This document shows, piece by piece, positions 1-13,557 of a stretch of 64,000 bases of DNA; within the stretch, counting starts at the first letter, position 1; every line of letters begins with the position of its first letter. The DNA comes from Mobula hypostoma. Its lineage: Eukaryota. The DNA lies in NCBI RefSeq assembly GCF_963921235.1, contig NC_086108.1:38008001-38072000 (forward strand), read 5' to 3'. The notes beneath the pieces were generated by a model. It was not told the DNA's origin. It ran no database searches and saw nothing but the letters and a program-made list of their open reading frames with translations. Position numbers and translations under genes: made by a program.

Positions 1-418
1 GTGTTACAGTAGCACTACAAGTGCACAGATATACAAATATTAGAAGAGAAGTAAGAAAGAGCATTTGGATATTCTAAGCCTGATCAGGAATAGACAGCAT
101 TGTTTTGTGCATAGGTCATCTGATAAATCTTTTAAAGTTTTTCGAAAGGGATAGAAGAATGTAGGGCAGTGGATACTATCTGCATGGATGTTAATAAGGT
201 TTTTTACAATTCTGTATGGCAGGCTGATCTGGAAGGTTAGGTCACATGGAATTCAGTGGAAGCTACGAAGGTGGATTCAGAATTGGCTTGATGAAAGGAA
301 GTAGAGGGTGTAGTTGAATGCAAACAACAGGAATTCTGCAGACGCTTGAAATTCAAGTCACACACATCAAAGTTGCTGGTGAATGCAGCAGGCCAGGCAG
401 CATCTCTAGGAAGAGGTA

Positions 419-456
419 CAGTCGATGGTTCAGGCCGAGACCCTTCGTCACGACTA
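419..456 (-). ncRNA. Degenerate hammerhead copy
   Basis: Same position in PLE tail; core mutated (GTGACGA; GAAC). Confidence 0.6.
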
Positions 457-2200
457 ACTGAAGGAAGAGTTAGTAAGAGATTTGAAAGTGGGAGGGGGAG
501 GGGGAGATAAAAAATGATAGGAGAAGACGGGGGGGGGATGGATAAGAGCTGGACAGGTGATTGGCAAAGGGGATATAAGAGGATCATGGGACAGGAGGTC
601 CGGGGAGAAAGACAAGGGTGGGGGAACCCAGAGGATGGGCAAGGCGTATAGTCGGAGGGACAGAGGGAGAAAAAGGAGAGTGAGAGAAAGATTGTGTGTA
701 TAAAAATAAATAACAGATGGGGTACGAGGGGGAGGTGGGGCATTAGCGGAAGTTAGAGAAGTCGAGGTTCATGCCATCAGGTTGGAGGCTACCCAGACAG
801 AATATAAGGTGTTGTTCCTCCAGCCTGAGTGTGGCTTCATCTTTACAGTAGAGGAGGCCGTGGATAGACATGTCAGAATGGGAATGGGATGTGGAATCAA
901 AATATGTGGCCACTGGAAGATCCTGCTTTCTCTGGCGGACAGAGCATAGGTGTTCAGCAAAGCGGTCTCCCAGTCTGCGTCGGGTCTCGCCAATATATAG
1001 AAAGCCACATCGGGAGCACCGGACGCAGTATATCACCCCAGTCGACTCACAGGTGAAGTGTCGCCTCACCTAGAAGTATACTTGCAAAAATGCCATCCCC
1101 TTCTCGCAATTCCTCCGTCTCCGCCGCATCTGCTTTCAGGATGAGGCTTTTCATTCCAGGACGAGGGAGATGTCCTCCTTTTTTAAAGAAAGGGGCTTCC
1201 CTTCCTCCATTATCAACTCTGCTCTCAAACACATCTCCCCCATTTTACGTACATCTGCTCTCACTCCATCCTCCCACCACCCCACTAGGAATAGGGCTCC
1301 CCTGGTCCTCACCTACCACCCCATAAGCCTCCATCCAACATATTATTCTCCATAACTTCCGCCACCTCCAACGGGATCCCACCACTAAGCACAGCTTTCC
1401 CTCCCCCCCCTCTCTGCTTTCCGCAGGGATCACTCCCTACGCGACTCCCTTGTCCATTCTTCCCCCCCCCCATCCCTCCCCACTGATCTCCCTCCTGGCA
1501 CTTATCCTTGTAAGCGGAACAAGTGCTACACATGCCCTTACACTTCCTCCCTTACCACCATTCAGGGCGCCAAACAGTCCTTCCAGGTGAGGTGACACTT
1601 CACCTGTGAGTCGGCTGGGGTGATATACTGCGTCTGGTGCTCCCGATGTGGACTTCTATATATTGGCGAGACCCAACGCAGACTGGGAGACCGCTTTGCT
1701 GAACACCTATGCTCTGTCCGCCAGAGAAAACAGGATCTCCCAGTGGCCACACATTTCCGCATTCCACATCCCATTCCCATTCTGACATGTCTATCCACGG
1801 CCTCCTCTACTGTAAAGATGAAACCACACTCAGGTTGAGGAACACCTTATATTCCGTCTGGGTAGCCTCCAACCTGATGGCATGAACATCGACTTCTCTA
1901 ACTTCCGCTAATGCCCCACCTCTCCCTCGTACCCCATCTGTTATTTATTTTTATACACACATTCTTTTCTCACTCTCCTTTTTCTCCCTCTGTCCCTCTG
2001 ACTATACCCCTTGCCCATCCTCTGGTTCCCCCCCTTGTTTTTCTCCCCGGACCTCCTGTCCCATGATCCTCTCGTATCCCCTTTTGCCTATCACCTGTCC
2101 AGCTCTTGGCTCCATCCCTCCCCCTCCTGTCTTCTCCTATCATTTTGTATCTCCCCCTCCGCCTCCCACTTTCAAATCTCTTACTAACTCTTCCTTCAGT

Positions 2201-2238
2201 TAGTCCTGACGAAGGGTCTCGGCCTGAAACGTCGACTG
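2201..2238 (+). ncRNA. Minimal type I hammerhead ribozyme in PLE 3' region (intact core)
   Basis: TAGTC-CTGACGA-AGGGTCTCGGCCT-GAAA-CG-TC^GACTG; stem I AGTC/GACT, stem II AGG/CCT, minimal palindromic stem III. Confidence 0.85.
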
Positions 2239-3779
2239 TACCTCTTCCTAGAGATGCTACCTGGCCTGCTGCGTTCACCAGCAACTTTGATGGGTGTAGT
2301 TGAATGTCAATTCTCCTACTGGAGACCCATGATAAGAGGATGCCCCAGGGGTCAGTGTTATGTAAATAATTTGGATATGAATGTACATGACATGATTATC
2401 AAGTTTGCTGATGATAGCAAATTAGGAGGTCTTACTGATAGTAAAGCACATTACAATGCAGCCTAAGGAAATTTTGATCTGTTAGGGAGATGGACTGAAA
2501 AATGGCAAATGGATTTCAAGTTAGATACAAGTGAGGCGATGCATTTTGGTCAGTGAACGGAACTGGAATTAGAACTGCTTATTACTGTCATATTTACTGA
2601 GATACAGTGAAAAGTTTTTGTTGCATATTGCTCCTACAGATCAAATCATTACACAGTGCTAAACCCCATCCAACAACACAATAGCCTAATTAATGGTCAT
2701 GCCATTGTATTGCTTTTTTGTTGTCATGTTTACCAAGATAAAATAAAAAGCTTGTCTTGCATACTGTTCATACAAACGAAATTATTACACAATGAAATAG
2801 GGTAGAATAAGGTAAAACAAAAAAGTGTATCGGGTACAGAGAAAGTGCAATGCAGATACAATAAACATTAAGCTACAAAATAGATTGATGTCAAGAACCT
2901 AATTTATCACACTGGGGAACCATTTTTATTCTGGAATCTGATGGTATGTACTTTCAGGCTTTTGTATCTTCTGCGCAATGGAACCAGGGTAGGACTTATG
3001 CAGTGAATGGCATGACCTTGTGGAAGAGAGGGAGTACACAGGGTGAACAGTTCAGTGAAAGCAGCTATGCAACTAGACAGTGATGAAAGAAGACATTTAG
3101 CATTCTAGCCTTCATCAGTCATAGTATCAGGTTTAGGAGTGGAGACATTATGTTTCAGTTATAGAAGTCATTAGTGAGGACACCCTTGGAGTATTTTATA
3201 CAGTATTCATGACCTTCTTATAAAAAATACATTGTCAAGCTGGGGAAGGTGCAGAAGAGATTTATGAAAATACTACGCGTGTTGTGCAAAGAGGTTGGCC
3301 ATGATGAGCCAGGAGAATCAGGAGTGGCCTCTAAGAAATTCATAACATCATGAGGGTTATGGATAAGGTGAACAGTCATGGGCTTCTCCCCAGGGATGGT
3401 GAATTTGAAACTCAAGGACACAGATACCAGAGTGAAAGATTTAAAACTGACATGACAGGTAACTTCTTTAAACAGCAAGCAGTGATTACCGGAATGAACT
3501 GCCAGAGGAAGTGGTCAAGGTAGGTACGATTGCATTTGGATAGGCACATTAGAGGGTTAAGGGCCAGGTCCAGGCATCTAGAACTAGCAGAGAGGGTACT
3601 GTGGTTGGCGTGTTCCAAATGGGCTGAAAGACCTGTTTCCATGCTATAATACATTATGACTCCATCATTAAATAACTGATTATTTGACTGTTACACAATC
3701 TGTAAAAGTTTGCTCATCTCAAACCAATTTCTACCTTATAACATTGACTACAGTTCTAAAGTACCTACGTATTTACAAA

Positions 3780-4230
3780 TGAGTTACAGAAAGTAGTGGA
3801 CTCTACCCACTATATCACAGGCATATGCCAACCCACCACTGGTAATATCTACAGGAGGTGTTGTGTCAGGAAGGCATAATCCATCATGAAAGATCCCCAC
3901 CATCCAGGCCATTCCATCTTTTCACAGAAACCATGAAGCAGGAAGTAGAAAAGCCTGAATTCCCACGCCACCAAGTTCAAAAAATTACTTCTGTTCAACT
4001 GTTCAATTCTTGAACCAACAAGCAAAACCCTGATCACTACAGTTTAGCAACACTATAAGCTAAGATTGACATTTTTTTGTTCTAATTGTTTTCTCTTGTT
4101 GATTATGTATACAATTTATGCTTTTCATGTGAAATCTGCTTATATGTGATTGTAATACAGCTGCAAGATTCTCATTACACCTGTTTATATACATACTTGT
4201 GCACATGACAATAAACTCAACTTTGACCTA
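3780..4230 (+). mobile_element. Old Rex1-like LINE 3' fragment
   Basis: Similar to the RCLRKAASIIKDPHHPGH-type C-terminus of the Rex1 copies in this window, followed by AATAAA. Confidence 0.55.
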
Positions 4231-5050
4231 TCTTTAAGAACTGCTTCTGTTTTTCTTAAACTGAACTGCCACTCAATTGTAATTCATGCTAAAAGACATC
4301 ACTGTCGAAGGTTGAAGGTGCTGCAAAAGATGTCGAAACAACAACACCAATAGATGACATTCCCCAAGAACAAACAATAGGAAGCATGCACCCATATCAA
4401 ACTTCTTCACTTTATCCCATCCACAAGAGCTTGTCTGATTGGATGTCTACTGTACTGAGGAAATGAATCTTGCAATTAGGAGATTTGTATGGGAGTTAAA
4501 TCACACAATTGGTCACTACAATAGCTGACCAGATCCCTAATAAAAATAGACATACAGCTGCACCTCAAACTCTGGGCTACCTGGAGATAGTACGATCAAC
4601 AATCAGGAAGAGTAATCCCTTGACTGATGAGAATTCAGTCTACATGTTCCCAGTGTACAATCATTATCTTTAAATGGTACAAATTGTTCTTAACATTGTC
4701 AAATAATCCATGTATTTCCATGCATGGTGAAAAATGCCACCAGTTTTCAGATTTTTAATTAGCAAAATGTTTTCCAAGGAATATTATAAATGAGAAAATC
4801 CAGTAGAAAGAAGAAAATGTTGATGAGTTTTCTGGATGATGAATAGTAAGACCATAAGACTATAAGATATAGGAGCAGAATTAGACAATTTGGTCCATTG
4901 AGTCTGTTCTACCCTTTCATCGTGTCAGATTCATTTTCTCTCTCAGGCCTAACTTTTTCCCAGGGCTGCTAGATCAATGTAAAGAGATTTTATGTTTCCT
5001 TTGGAGTATTTCTATGCCCTAGTCAGTTGGAAAGCAAAAAGCACTGAGGT

Positions 5051-5532
5051 AACACACACAAAATGCTGGTGGAACGCAGCAGGCCAAGCAGCATCTATAG
5101 GAAGAAGTATAGTCGACGTTTCGGGCCAAGACCCTTCGAAAGGGCTAACTGAAAGAAGAGATATTAAGAGGTTTGAAAGTGGGAGGGGGAGGAGAAGATC
5201 TGAAATGTTTGGAGAAGACAGGAGGGGGAGGGACAGGGCTAAGAGCTGGAAAGTTGATCGGCAAAGGGGATACAGAGCTGGAGAAGGGAGAGGATCACAG
5301 GACGGGAGGCCTGGGGAGAAAGTAAGGGAGAGGGGAGCACCAGAAGAAGATGGAGAGCGGGCAAGGAGTTATTGTGAGAGGGACAGAGAGAGAGAGAAAA
5401 AAAAGGGGAAAATAATTAATAAATAAATAGATAGATAGATAAATAAATAAATGAGGGATGGGGTAAGAAGGGGAGGAGGGGCATTAACGGAAGTTAGAGA
5501 AATCAGTGTTCATGCCATCAGGCTGGAGGCTA
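5051..5532 (-). mobile_element. PLE 3' fragment with degenerate hammerhead
   Basis: Homologous to the PLE tail; 9-bp direct repeat cactgaggt at 5042-5050 and 5533-5541. Confidence 0.8.
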
Positions 5533-5902
5533 CACTGAGGTTCTTGATTTGTCCTTTGAGTTACTTTGCAAATTCGAAGAAAAAGGTTTCTTCTGAGCTC
5601 GGGGAAACACCTCATCATGTCAAGAAAGTAGTGGAATTAATGATGACATTGAAGTGACATGTTCAGAAAAGGTCAATTCAGCTTCTTCCTCCACAGTTGA
5701 TGGCTGACATGCTGAGTACTTATCGCATCTGTTGTAAATTTCACATTTCTAGTGTTCACAGTATTTTCCTGTGAATTAAAACAGCCATAAGGTGGAGACA
5801 AAGTGTTAAATACGTGGGAGACAGGAACAAAAAGTCTGTCTCGGATTTCATTTTGAAGGCACTTGAAGCCTACTTAATTTGGAAAATGCAATTTTATAAT
5901 AC

Positions 5903-7400
5903 ATACAATGGCCACTCCACTAGGTAAACCTTTGCATCTGCTCATTAATGCAAATATCTAATCAGCCACTCATATGACAGCAACGCAATGCACAAATCAT
6001 GCAAGTATGATCAACACTGGTACACCTCAGGGGTGTGCGCTTAACCCACTGCTCTACTCTCTCTATACCCATGACTGCTAGGCATAGCTCAAACATCATC
6101 TATAAATTTGCTGATGATACAACCAATGTTGGTAGAATCTCAGGTGGTGACGAGAGGGCGTACAGGAGTGAGATATGCCAACTGGTGGAGTGGTGCCGCA
6201 GCAACAACCTGACACTCAACGTCAGTAAAATGAAAGAGTTGATTGTAGACTTCAGGAAGAGTGAAATGAAAGAACACACAGCAATCCTCATAGAAGGATC
6301 AGAAGTGGAGAGAGTAAGCAGTTTCAAGTTCCCGGGTGTCAAGATCCCTGAGGATCTAACCTGGTCCCAACATATCAATGCAGCTATAAAGAAGGTAAGA
6401 CAGCAGCTATACTTCATTAGGAGTTTGAAGAGATTTGGTATGTCAACAAATACACTCACAAACGGTAACTTCTGTACCGTAGAGAGCATTCTGACAGGCT
6501 GCATCACTGTCTGGTATGGGGGGGAGGGGGGAAGTGGGGAAGCTACTGCACAGGACCGAAAGAAACTGCAGAGGGTTGTAAATCTAGTCGGCTCCATTTT
6601 GGGTACTAACCTACAAAGTACCGAGGACATCTTTAGGGAGCGGTGTCTCAGAAAGGCAGCGTCTATTATTAAGGGCCTCCAGCACCCAGGGCATGCCCTT
6701 TTCTCACTGTTACCATCAGGTAGGATGTACAGAAGCCTGAAGGCGCACACTCAAGAGATTCAGGGACAGCTTCTTCTCTCTCTGCAATCTGTTTCCTAAA
6801 TGGATATTGAACCCATGAACACTACCTCACTTTTTTAATATACATTATCTGTTTTTTTGCATGATTTTAACCTATTGGATATGTATACTGTAAATTGAAT
6901 TACTTATTTATTGTTATTTTATTTATTTTTTAATTTTGTTTTCTTCTTCTATATATGTTTTGCATTGAACTGCTGCTGCTAAGTTAACAAATTTCACAAC
7001 ACGTACTGGTGATAATAAACCTGATTCTGATCAAAAGGTTCAGTTGTTATTCAGATCAAACTTCAGAATGGAGAAGAAATGCAATCTAAGTGACTTTGAC
7101 TGTAGGATGATTAGTGGTACCTGAAGGGGAGTTTGAGTATCTCAGAAACTGCTGATCTCCTGAGATTTTCATGCACAACATTCTCCAGAGTTTACAGAGA
7201 ACGGTGCGAGAAACAAAATAACATCCGGTGAGTTGCAAATCTGTGTGAAAAACACTGTTAATGACAGAGGTCAGAGGAGAATGGCCAGACTCATTCAAGC
7301 TAACAGGAAGATGACAGCAACTCATGCATTACGACACTGGTGTGCAGACGTACATCTCTGATGTGGGCAGAGATGTGATGGGACTCAACAGCGACTTCGT
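5903..7400 (+). mobile_element. Degenerate Tc1-like element split by a Rex1 insertion
   Basis: Starts tacaatggccactccactaggta (Tc1-like end); sequence resumes after the tgatcaa repeat at 7028-7034. Confidence 0.5.
6015..7030 (+). mobile_element. Rex1/Babar LINE, 5'-truncated
   Basis: ORF 6035-6799 with KFADDT..WCRSNNLTLNVSK RT C-terminus; tail aataaacctgattctga; tgatcaa repeat at 6008-6014 and 7028-7034. Confidence 0.85.
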
Positions 7401-7421
7401 CATTTGCAGAAACACATAATT

Positions 7422-7524
7422 TGCGCCTCTTCCTATAAATGCTGCTTGGCCTGCTGCGTTCACCAGCAACTTTGATGTGTGTTGCTTGAATTTCCAGCAT
7501 CTGCAGAATTCCTGTTGTTTGCGT
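7422..7524 (+). mobile_element. Solo PLE 3' tail starting just downstream of the hammerhead cleavage site
   Basis: Matches the PLE tail from (gac)tgcgcctcttcc to cctgttgtttgcg; no TSD seen. Confidence 0.8.
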
Positions 7525-7684
7525 TAAAATTACTACCTTTAATGTCTAAATTTTCCATTTTCAATGTGGATGGGATTCGACCTGACCTAGAGCTACCCTC
7601 AAACTTCAATCCTTTGTGACCATTTTTCAATATCCCATGCACCTGGCCTAGGAGAAGAACATGCCTTTGGAGTGCCAAGGCTTT

Positions 7685-8280
7685 GTGGCCGTAGGGACGA
7701 GACTGTGCCGCTAACTGAAGCGTCGCAGGAGAAAGTGGAACATTGGGAACAGTGGACTGGCTGTCAGGGGCTCTGTACTTGGTGAATCGTGCGTTCCCTC
7801 TTTCTCTCATTGGCGGGGGAGAGTTTCTTGCTGATTCTTGAATTGGGGAACTCGGTAAAAAAGTGATGCAGCAGATGTCATGATTGTATATCAGTGAGTT
7901 GTTTTGTTTCTCTCCCCTCTCACTGTAAAAGAGTATCAACTCTCTGACCCTTTATTAGGGAGGGAGAGAGCCTGTGGTATGTCGAATTGTCAGGTGAACA
8001 ATTACTTTATCTTGTTTTGCAGATCATGGTCTTTCTTGAGGGCTTTGCTATTGCTTACTTGGTGGGTGGAGGGTGCTGATGCTTTTTTTTTGCTGAAGTA
8101 CGTGCGGGAGGGGATTGTCATTACTTTGCTGCTGCCTTTGTGTCGGGAAGTAGCAGGGGGTTGGGGTTCTATCACTTTAACTGTCACTCAATTTTTGGGG
8201 TACTCTTTGGTGTTCATGGACATCTGTGAAGAACAAGAAATTCAGGTTGTATATTGTATACATTCTCTGATATTAAATGA
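7685..8280 (+). repeat. Probable unclassified interspersed repeat
   Basis: GC-rich start, T-rich body; 3' end caggttgtata..tacattct.tgata resembles 60690-60722. Confidence 0.35.
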
Positions 8281-10215
8281 GAGAAAAATCACCAAGCAAG
8301 TACCTTCAACAGATAACTTGCAATACCAGAGGAAACAACACACTGGACCATTTCTACACCACCATCAAGAATGCCTACTGTGCTATTCCACGCACTCACT
8401 TCGGGAAGTCTGATCTCCTGGCTGTACTTCTACTCCCTGAGTATAGGCAGAGACTGAAGACTGCAACGCTGGTAGTGAGGAGCAAGAAAGTTTGGACAAG
8501 GGAAGCACAGGAGCGCCTACAGGACTGTTTTGAATCGGTGGACTGGACTGTATTCAGGGATTCATCTTTGAATCTGGATGAGTATGCTGCAGTTGTTACC
8601 AACTTCATTAAAACCTGTGTGGATGAGTGTGTGCCCACAAAGACTTACTGTACATTCCCAAACCAAAAGCCGTGGGTGAACCAGCAGGTACGTTGTCTGC
8701 TGAAGGCTAGATCTGTGGCATTCAAGTCTGGCAAAACAGGCCTGTACCAGAAAACCAGGTATGATCTGCAGAGGGCTATTTCAAGGGGGAAGGGACAATT
8801 TTGAATGAGATTGGAGTCGATATCAGATGCATGGTAACTCTGGCAGGGACTGCAAGACATTACTTCCGACAAAGTGAAACCTAATATTATGAATGGCAGC
8901 GATGCTTCACTACCAGATGAACTCAATGCCTTCTATGCACGCTTTGAAAGGGAGAACTCAACTACAGCTGTGAAGATCCCTGCTGCACCTGATGACCCTG
9001 TGGTCTCTGTATCAAAGGCCAATGTCAGACTGTCTTTAAAGAGAGTGAACCCTCACAAGGCAGAAGGTCCCGATGGAGTACCTGGTAAGGCTCTGAAAAC
9101 CTGGCCAACCAACTGGTGGGAGTATTCAAGAACATTTTCAACCTCTCACTGCCACAGGCAGAAGTTCCCACTTGCTTCAAAAAGGCAACAATTATACCAG
9201 TGCCAAAGAAGAATAATGTGGGCAGCCTTAATGACTATCGCCCGGTAGCACTCACATCGACAGTGATGAAATGCTTTGAGAGGTTGGTTATGACTAGTCT
9301 GAATTCCTGCCTCAGCAAGGACCTGGACGCATTGCAATTTGCCTATCGTCACAATAGGTCAACAGCAGGCACAACCTCCATGGCTCTTCACACGGCTTTA
9401 GACCACTTAGACACTCAAACACCTGTAGTACGTCAGGATGCTGTTCATTGACTATAGCTCAGCATTTAATAACATCATTCCCACAATCCTGATTGAGAAG
9501 TTGCAGAACCTGGGCCTCTGTACCTCCTTCTGTAATTGGATCCTTGACTCCTTAACTGGAAGACCACAGTCTGTGCGGATTGGTGATAACATTTCCTCTT
9601 CGCTGATGATCAACACTGGCGCACCTCAGGGGTGTGTGCTTAGTCCATTGCTCTTTCTGTACACACATGTCTGTGGCTTGGCATAGCTCAGACACCATCT
9701 ACAAATTTGACGATACAACCATTGTTGGTAAAATCTCAGGTGGTGACAAGAGTGCGTACAAGAGTGAGATATGCCAACTAGTGGAATGATATCGCAGCAA
9801 CAACCTGGCACTCAACATCAGTAACACGAAGGTGCTGACTATAGACTTAAGGAAGGGTAAGATGAAGGAGCACATACTAATCCTCATAGAGGAATCAGAA
9901 GTGGAGAGAGTGAGCAACTTCAAATTCCTGGGTGTCAAGATCTCTGAGGATCTAACCTGGTCCCAACACATTGATGTAGTCATAAAGAAGGCAAGACAGT
10001 GGCTATACTTTATTAGGAGTTTGAAGTGATTTGGTATGTCAACAAATACACTCAAAAACTTCTATAGTTATACCGTGGAGAGCATTCTGACAGGCTGCAT
10101 CACTGTCTGGTATGGAGGGGCTACTGCACAGGACCGAAAGAAGCTGTAGAAGATTGTAAATCTAGTCAGCTCCATTTGGGCATTAGCCTACAAAGTACTC
10201 AGGACATCTTTAGGG

Positions 10216-10556
10216 CAGTGGTTCCCAACCTCCAGGCCGCGGACCGATACATTGCCGCGAAGAATGCAGCGGAGCAGCAGTAGTCGGAACGCACCCGTGC
10301 AGCGGTAGTCGGAACGCACCCGTGCAGCAGTAGTCGGAACGCACCCAGCACATCTTTAAGAAAAAAGCCAAAATAAACAAGCTAATTAATTAGGTGCCTC
10401 CCAGCACGTAAATGTCAGCCCAGATCATCTAATTAATTAGCTTGTTTATTTTGGCTTTTTTCTTAAAGATGTGCTGGGTGCGTTCCGACTACCGCTGCAC
10501 CATTGCATTCTTCATGGCAATGTCTCGGTCCATGGCCTGGAGGTTAGGGACCACTG
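10216..10556. mobile_element. hAT-type MITE, internally palindromic
   Basis: TIRs cagtggttcccaacctccaggcc / ggcctggaggttagggaccactg; 8-bp TSD ctttaggg/ctttaagg; ~60-bp internal inverted repeat and ~3x 25-bp tandem. Confidence 0.88.
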
Positions 10557-10883
10557 CTTTAAGGAGCAGTGTCTCAGAAAGACGGCGTCCATTACTAAAG
10601 ACCTCCAGCACCCAGGGCATGCCCTTTTCTCACTGTTACCATCAGGTAGGAGGTACAGAAGCCTGAAGGCACACACTCAGTGATTCAGGAACAGCTTCTT
10701 CTCTTCTGCCATCCGATTCTTGAATGGACTTTGAAGCTTTGGACACTACCTCACTTTTTTAATATACAGTATTTCTGTTTTTGCACATTTTTAAATAATT
10801 TATTAAATATGTGTAATTGATTTACTTGTTTATTTATTATGTTTTATTTTATTTATTATTTTTTTTCCCTGTCTGCTAGATTA

Positions 10884-13557
10884 CTTTACTTGATACTTTA
10901 TTGTCACCAAACAATTAGTACTAGAACGTACAATCATCACAGCAATATTTGATTCTGCGCTTCCCACTCCCTGAATTACATATTAAATATTAAAAATATT
11001 AAAAATAGTTAAAATTAATAAATATTTAAAAATTAAATTATAAATCATAAATAGAAATTAGAAAAATGGAAAGTAAGGTAGTGCAAAAAAACCGAGAGGC
11101 AGGTCCAGATATTTGGAGGGTACGGCCTAGATCCAGGTCAGGATCCATTCAGCAGTCTGATCACAGTTGGAAAGAAGCTGTTCCCAAATCTGGCCGTACG
11201 AGTCTTCAAGCTCCTGAGCCTTCTCCCAGAGGGAAGAGGGATGAAAAGTGTGTTGGCTGGGTGGGTCATGTCCTTGATTATCCTGGCAGCACTGCTCCGA
11301 CAGCATGCGGTGTAAAGTGAGTCCAAGGATGGAAGATTGGTTTGTGTGATGTGCTGCGCTGTGTTCACGATCTTCTGCAGCTTCTTTCGGTCTTGGACAG
11401 GACAGCTTCTATACCAAGTTGTGATGCACCCTAGAAGAATGCTTTCTACGGTGCATCTATAAAAATTAGTGGGGGTTTTAGGGGACAAGCCAAATTTCTT
11501 TAGTTTTGTCAGGAAGTAAAGGCGCTGGTGGGCCTTCTTGGCAGTGAACTCTGCTTGGTTGGACCAAGTTAGGTCATTTCTGATATTGACCCCGAGAAAT
11601 TTAAAGCTTTTGACCTGTTTCACTTGTGCACCACCGATGTAAATTGGGTCATGTGGTCCACTACTCCTTCTGAAGTCAACAACCAATTCCTTCGTCTTGC
11701 TGACGTTGAGGGATAGGTTATTGTCTTCGCACCATGCCACCAGGTTCTTAATTTCCTCTCTGTACTCGAACTCATCATTACCCGAGATACGGCCTACAAT
11801 TGTTGTGTCATCAGCAAACTTATACATTGAGTTTGATGGAAACTTGGCTACACAATCATGGGTGTACAGTGAGTACAGCAGGGGGCTGAGTACACAGCCT
11901 TGTGGGGCACCGGTGCTCAGAGTGGTTGTAGAGGAGAGCTTGTCCCCTATTTATAGAGCCTGGGTCCTGTCTGTGAGGAAGTTGGAGATCCAGCTGCAGA
12001 TTTGAGTGCTGAGGCCCAGGTTCCGGAGCTTAGGAATCAGTTTATTTGGAATGATGGTATTAAAGGCAGAGCTGTAGTCAATGAAAAGGAGCCTATCTAT
12101 GCATCTTTATTCTCCAGGTGTTCTAAGGAGGAATGTAGGGCCAGAGAGATGGCATCTGCCATTGACCTGTTGCTCCGGTAGGCGAATTGCAAAGCGTCGA
12201 GGTTGACCAGTAGGCTGTGGTTGATGTGTGCCACAACCAATCTCTCGAAGCACTTCATAGCAATTGATGTCAGAGCCACAGGTCGATAGTCATTCAGGCA
12301 TGCCACCTTGCTCTTCTTAGGCACTGAGATTATCGTTGCCTTCTTAAAACACGAGGGGATCTTAGACTGAAGCAAGGAGCAGTTGAAGATGTCAGCAAAC
12401 ACTCCAGCTAGCTCGCTTGCACAGGCCCGGAAAACCCGTCCTGGGACGCCATCTGGGCCCGTCGCCTTCCTTGGATTTATCTTCATGAAGGCCCTTCTAA
12501 GGTCCTCCTCGGTGACGATGAATCTCGATGCCACCAGGTCCGGTTCATCCAGAGGGAGCAGGACGCTCCTCTTCTGTTCGAATCTTGCGTAGAATACGTT
12601 AAGTTTGTCAGGAAGAGAAGTGCCACAGTTATTGATTTTCCAGCCTTTTCTTTGTGCCCAGTGACCTCATTTAGACCCTGCCATAGTCTACTGGCATCCC
12701 TTTGGTTAGCCTAGGCTTCCAACTTGGCTCGATATTGCCTTTTGGCGCCCTTAATGGTTTTCCGGAGTTCACACCTGGATTCCATGTAGCGACTGGTATC
12801 CCCAGACCTAAAAGCCGCAGCTCTAGCCTTTAAAAGGGACTTGACCTCATAATTCATCCAAGGTTTCCAGTTAGGGAATACCCGGATCATCTTGTGAGAC
12901 ACACAGTCCTCTGTGCATTTCCAAATAAAGTCCATGACAGCTGAGGCATACTCATTGAGGTTAGCTGCCGAGTCCTTGAATACTAACCAGTCCACCGATT
13001 CAAAGCAGTCACGGAGGACCTCATCCGTTTCCTCCGTCCAACGCGACACTACTTTTGACACCGTGACCTCCCGCTTCAGTTTCTGTTTGTAAGCCGGGAG
13101 GAGTACGGCCTGATGGTCCGATTTTCCGAAGTGAGGTCGTGAGACGGAACGGTAGGTATCCTTGACTACTGTGTAGCAGTGGTCAAGTATATTCGGGCCT
13201 CTAGTGGGGCAGGAGACATGTTGGTATAACTTTGGCAGCGCCTTTCTGAGGTTGGCCTGGTTAAAGCCCCTGGCTGCAATGAGCAAAACCTCTGGATACC
13301 TGGTCTCAAGTTCACTGATGTTGGCATACAGTATGTTCCGAGCACACTCCACGTCCGCCTGGGGGGAATGTAGACCGCTTCAGTATGACCGAGGTGAATT
13401 CCCGTGGCAGATAGTAGGGACGACACTTCACCGACAGGTGTTCCAGCTCCGGGCTGCAGGAGCTTGTCAGTGCCACTGTGTCCGAGCACCACGCAGTGTT
13501 GATCAGTAGGCAGACACCACCTCCCCTCGTCTTGCCCAAAGACGCCATGCAGTCCGT
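10884..13557 (-). mobile_element. Rex1/Babar LINE B nested in the 3' UTR of LINE A
   Basis: ORFs 12711-13352 (HFGKSDH), 12097-12534, 11138-11827 (YKFADDT); gatta repeat at both junctions. Confidence 0.88.

Larger units (their letters stand above)
321..2291. mobile_element. Penelope-like element, head-to-head insertion 1 (minus arm ~321-1076, plus arm ~1081-2291)
   Basis: Both arms encode the GIY-YIG C-terminus (GVIYCVRCSRCG.LYIGET) plus the 3' tail; TSD gggtgtagttgaatg at 306-320 and 2292-2306. Confidence 0.92.
60..3665 (+). mobile_element. Old degenerate CR1 LINE fragments (~60-320, 2292-2560, 2985-3665), interrupted by PLE insertion 1
   Basis: KFADDSKLGG RT motif in ORF 2254-2466; CR1-like sequence continues across the TSD; CR1-like 3' end near 3600-3665. 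Confidence 0.7.

Noticed and set aside
237..743. Recurrent Pro/Leu/Ser-rich ORF (also 44788-45198, 39147-39434, 36973-37275)
   Set aside because: Lies in the pyrimidine-rich PLE 3' region where stop codons are rare; frames vary between copies; no domain features.
7537..7647. 111-bp minus-strand segment with acceptor-like (ttcttctcctag) and donor-like (AG|gtagta) ends and one open frame (QVHGILKNGHKG..)
   Set aside because: The open frame is phase 1/1 while the preceding KCNT2 exon ends in phase 2, which gives a stop; no similarity to the expected pore exon (..FSTVGFGD..). At most a cryptic exon.
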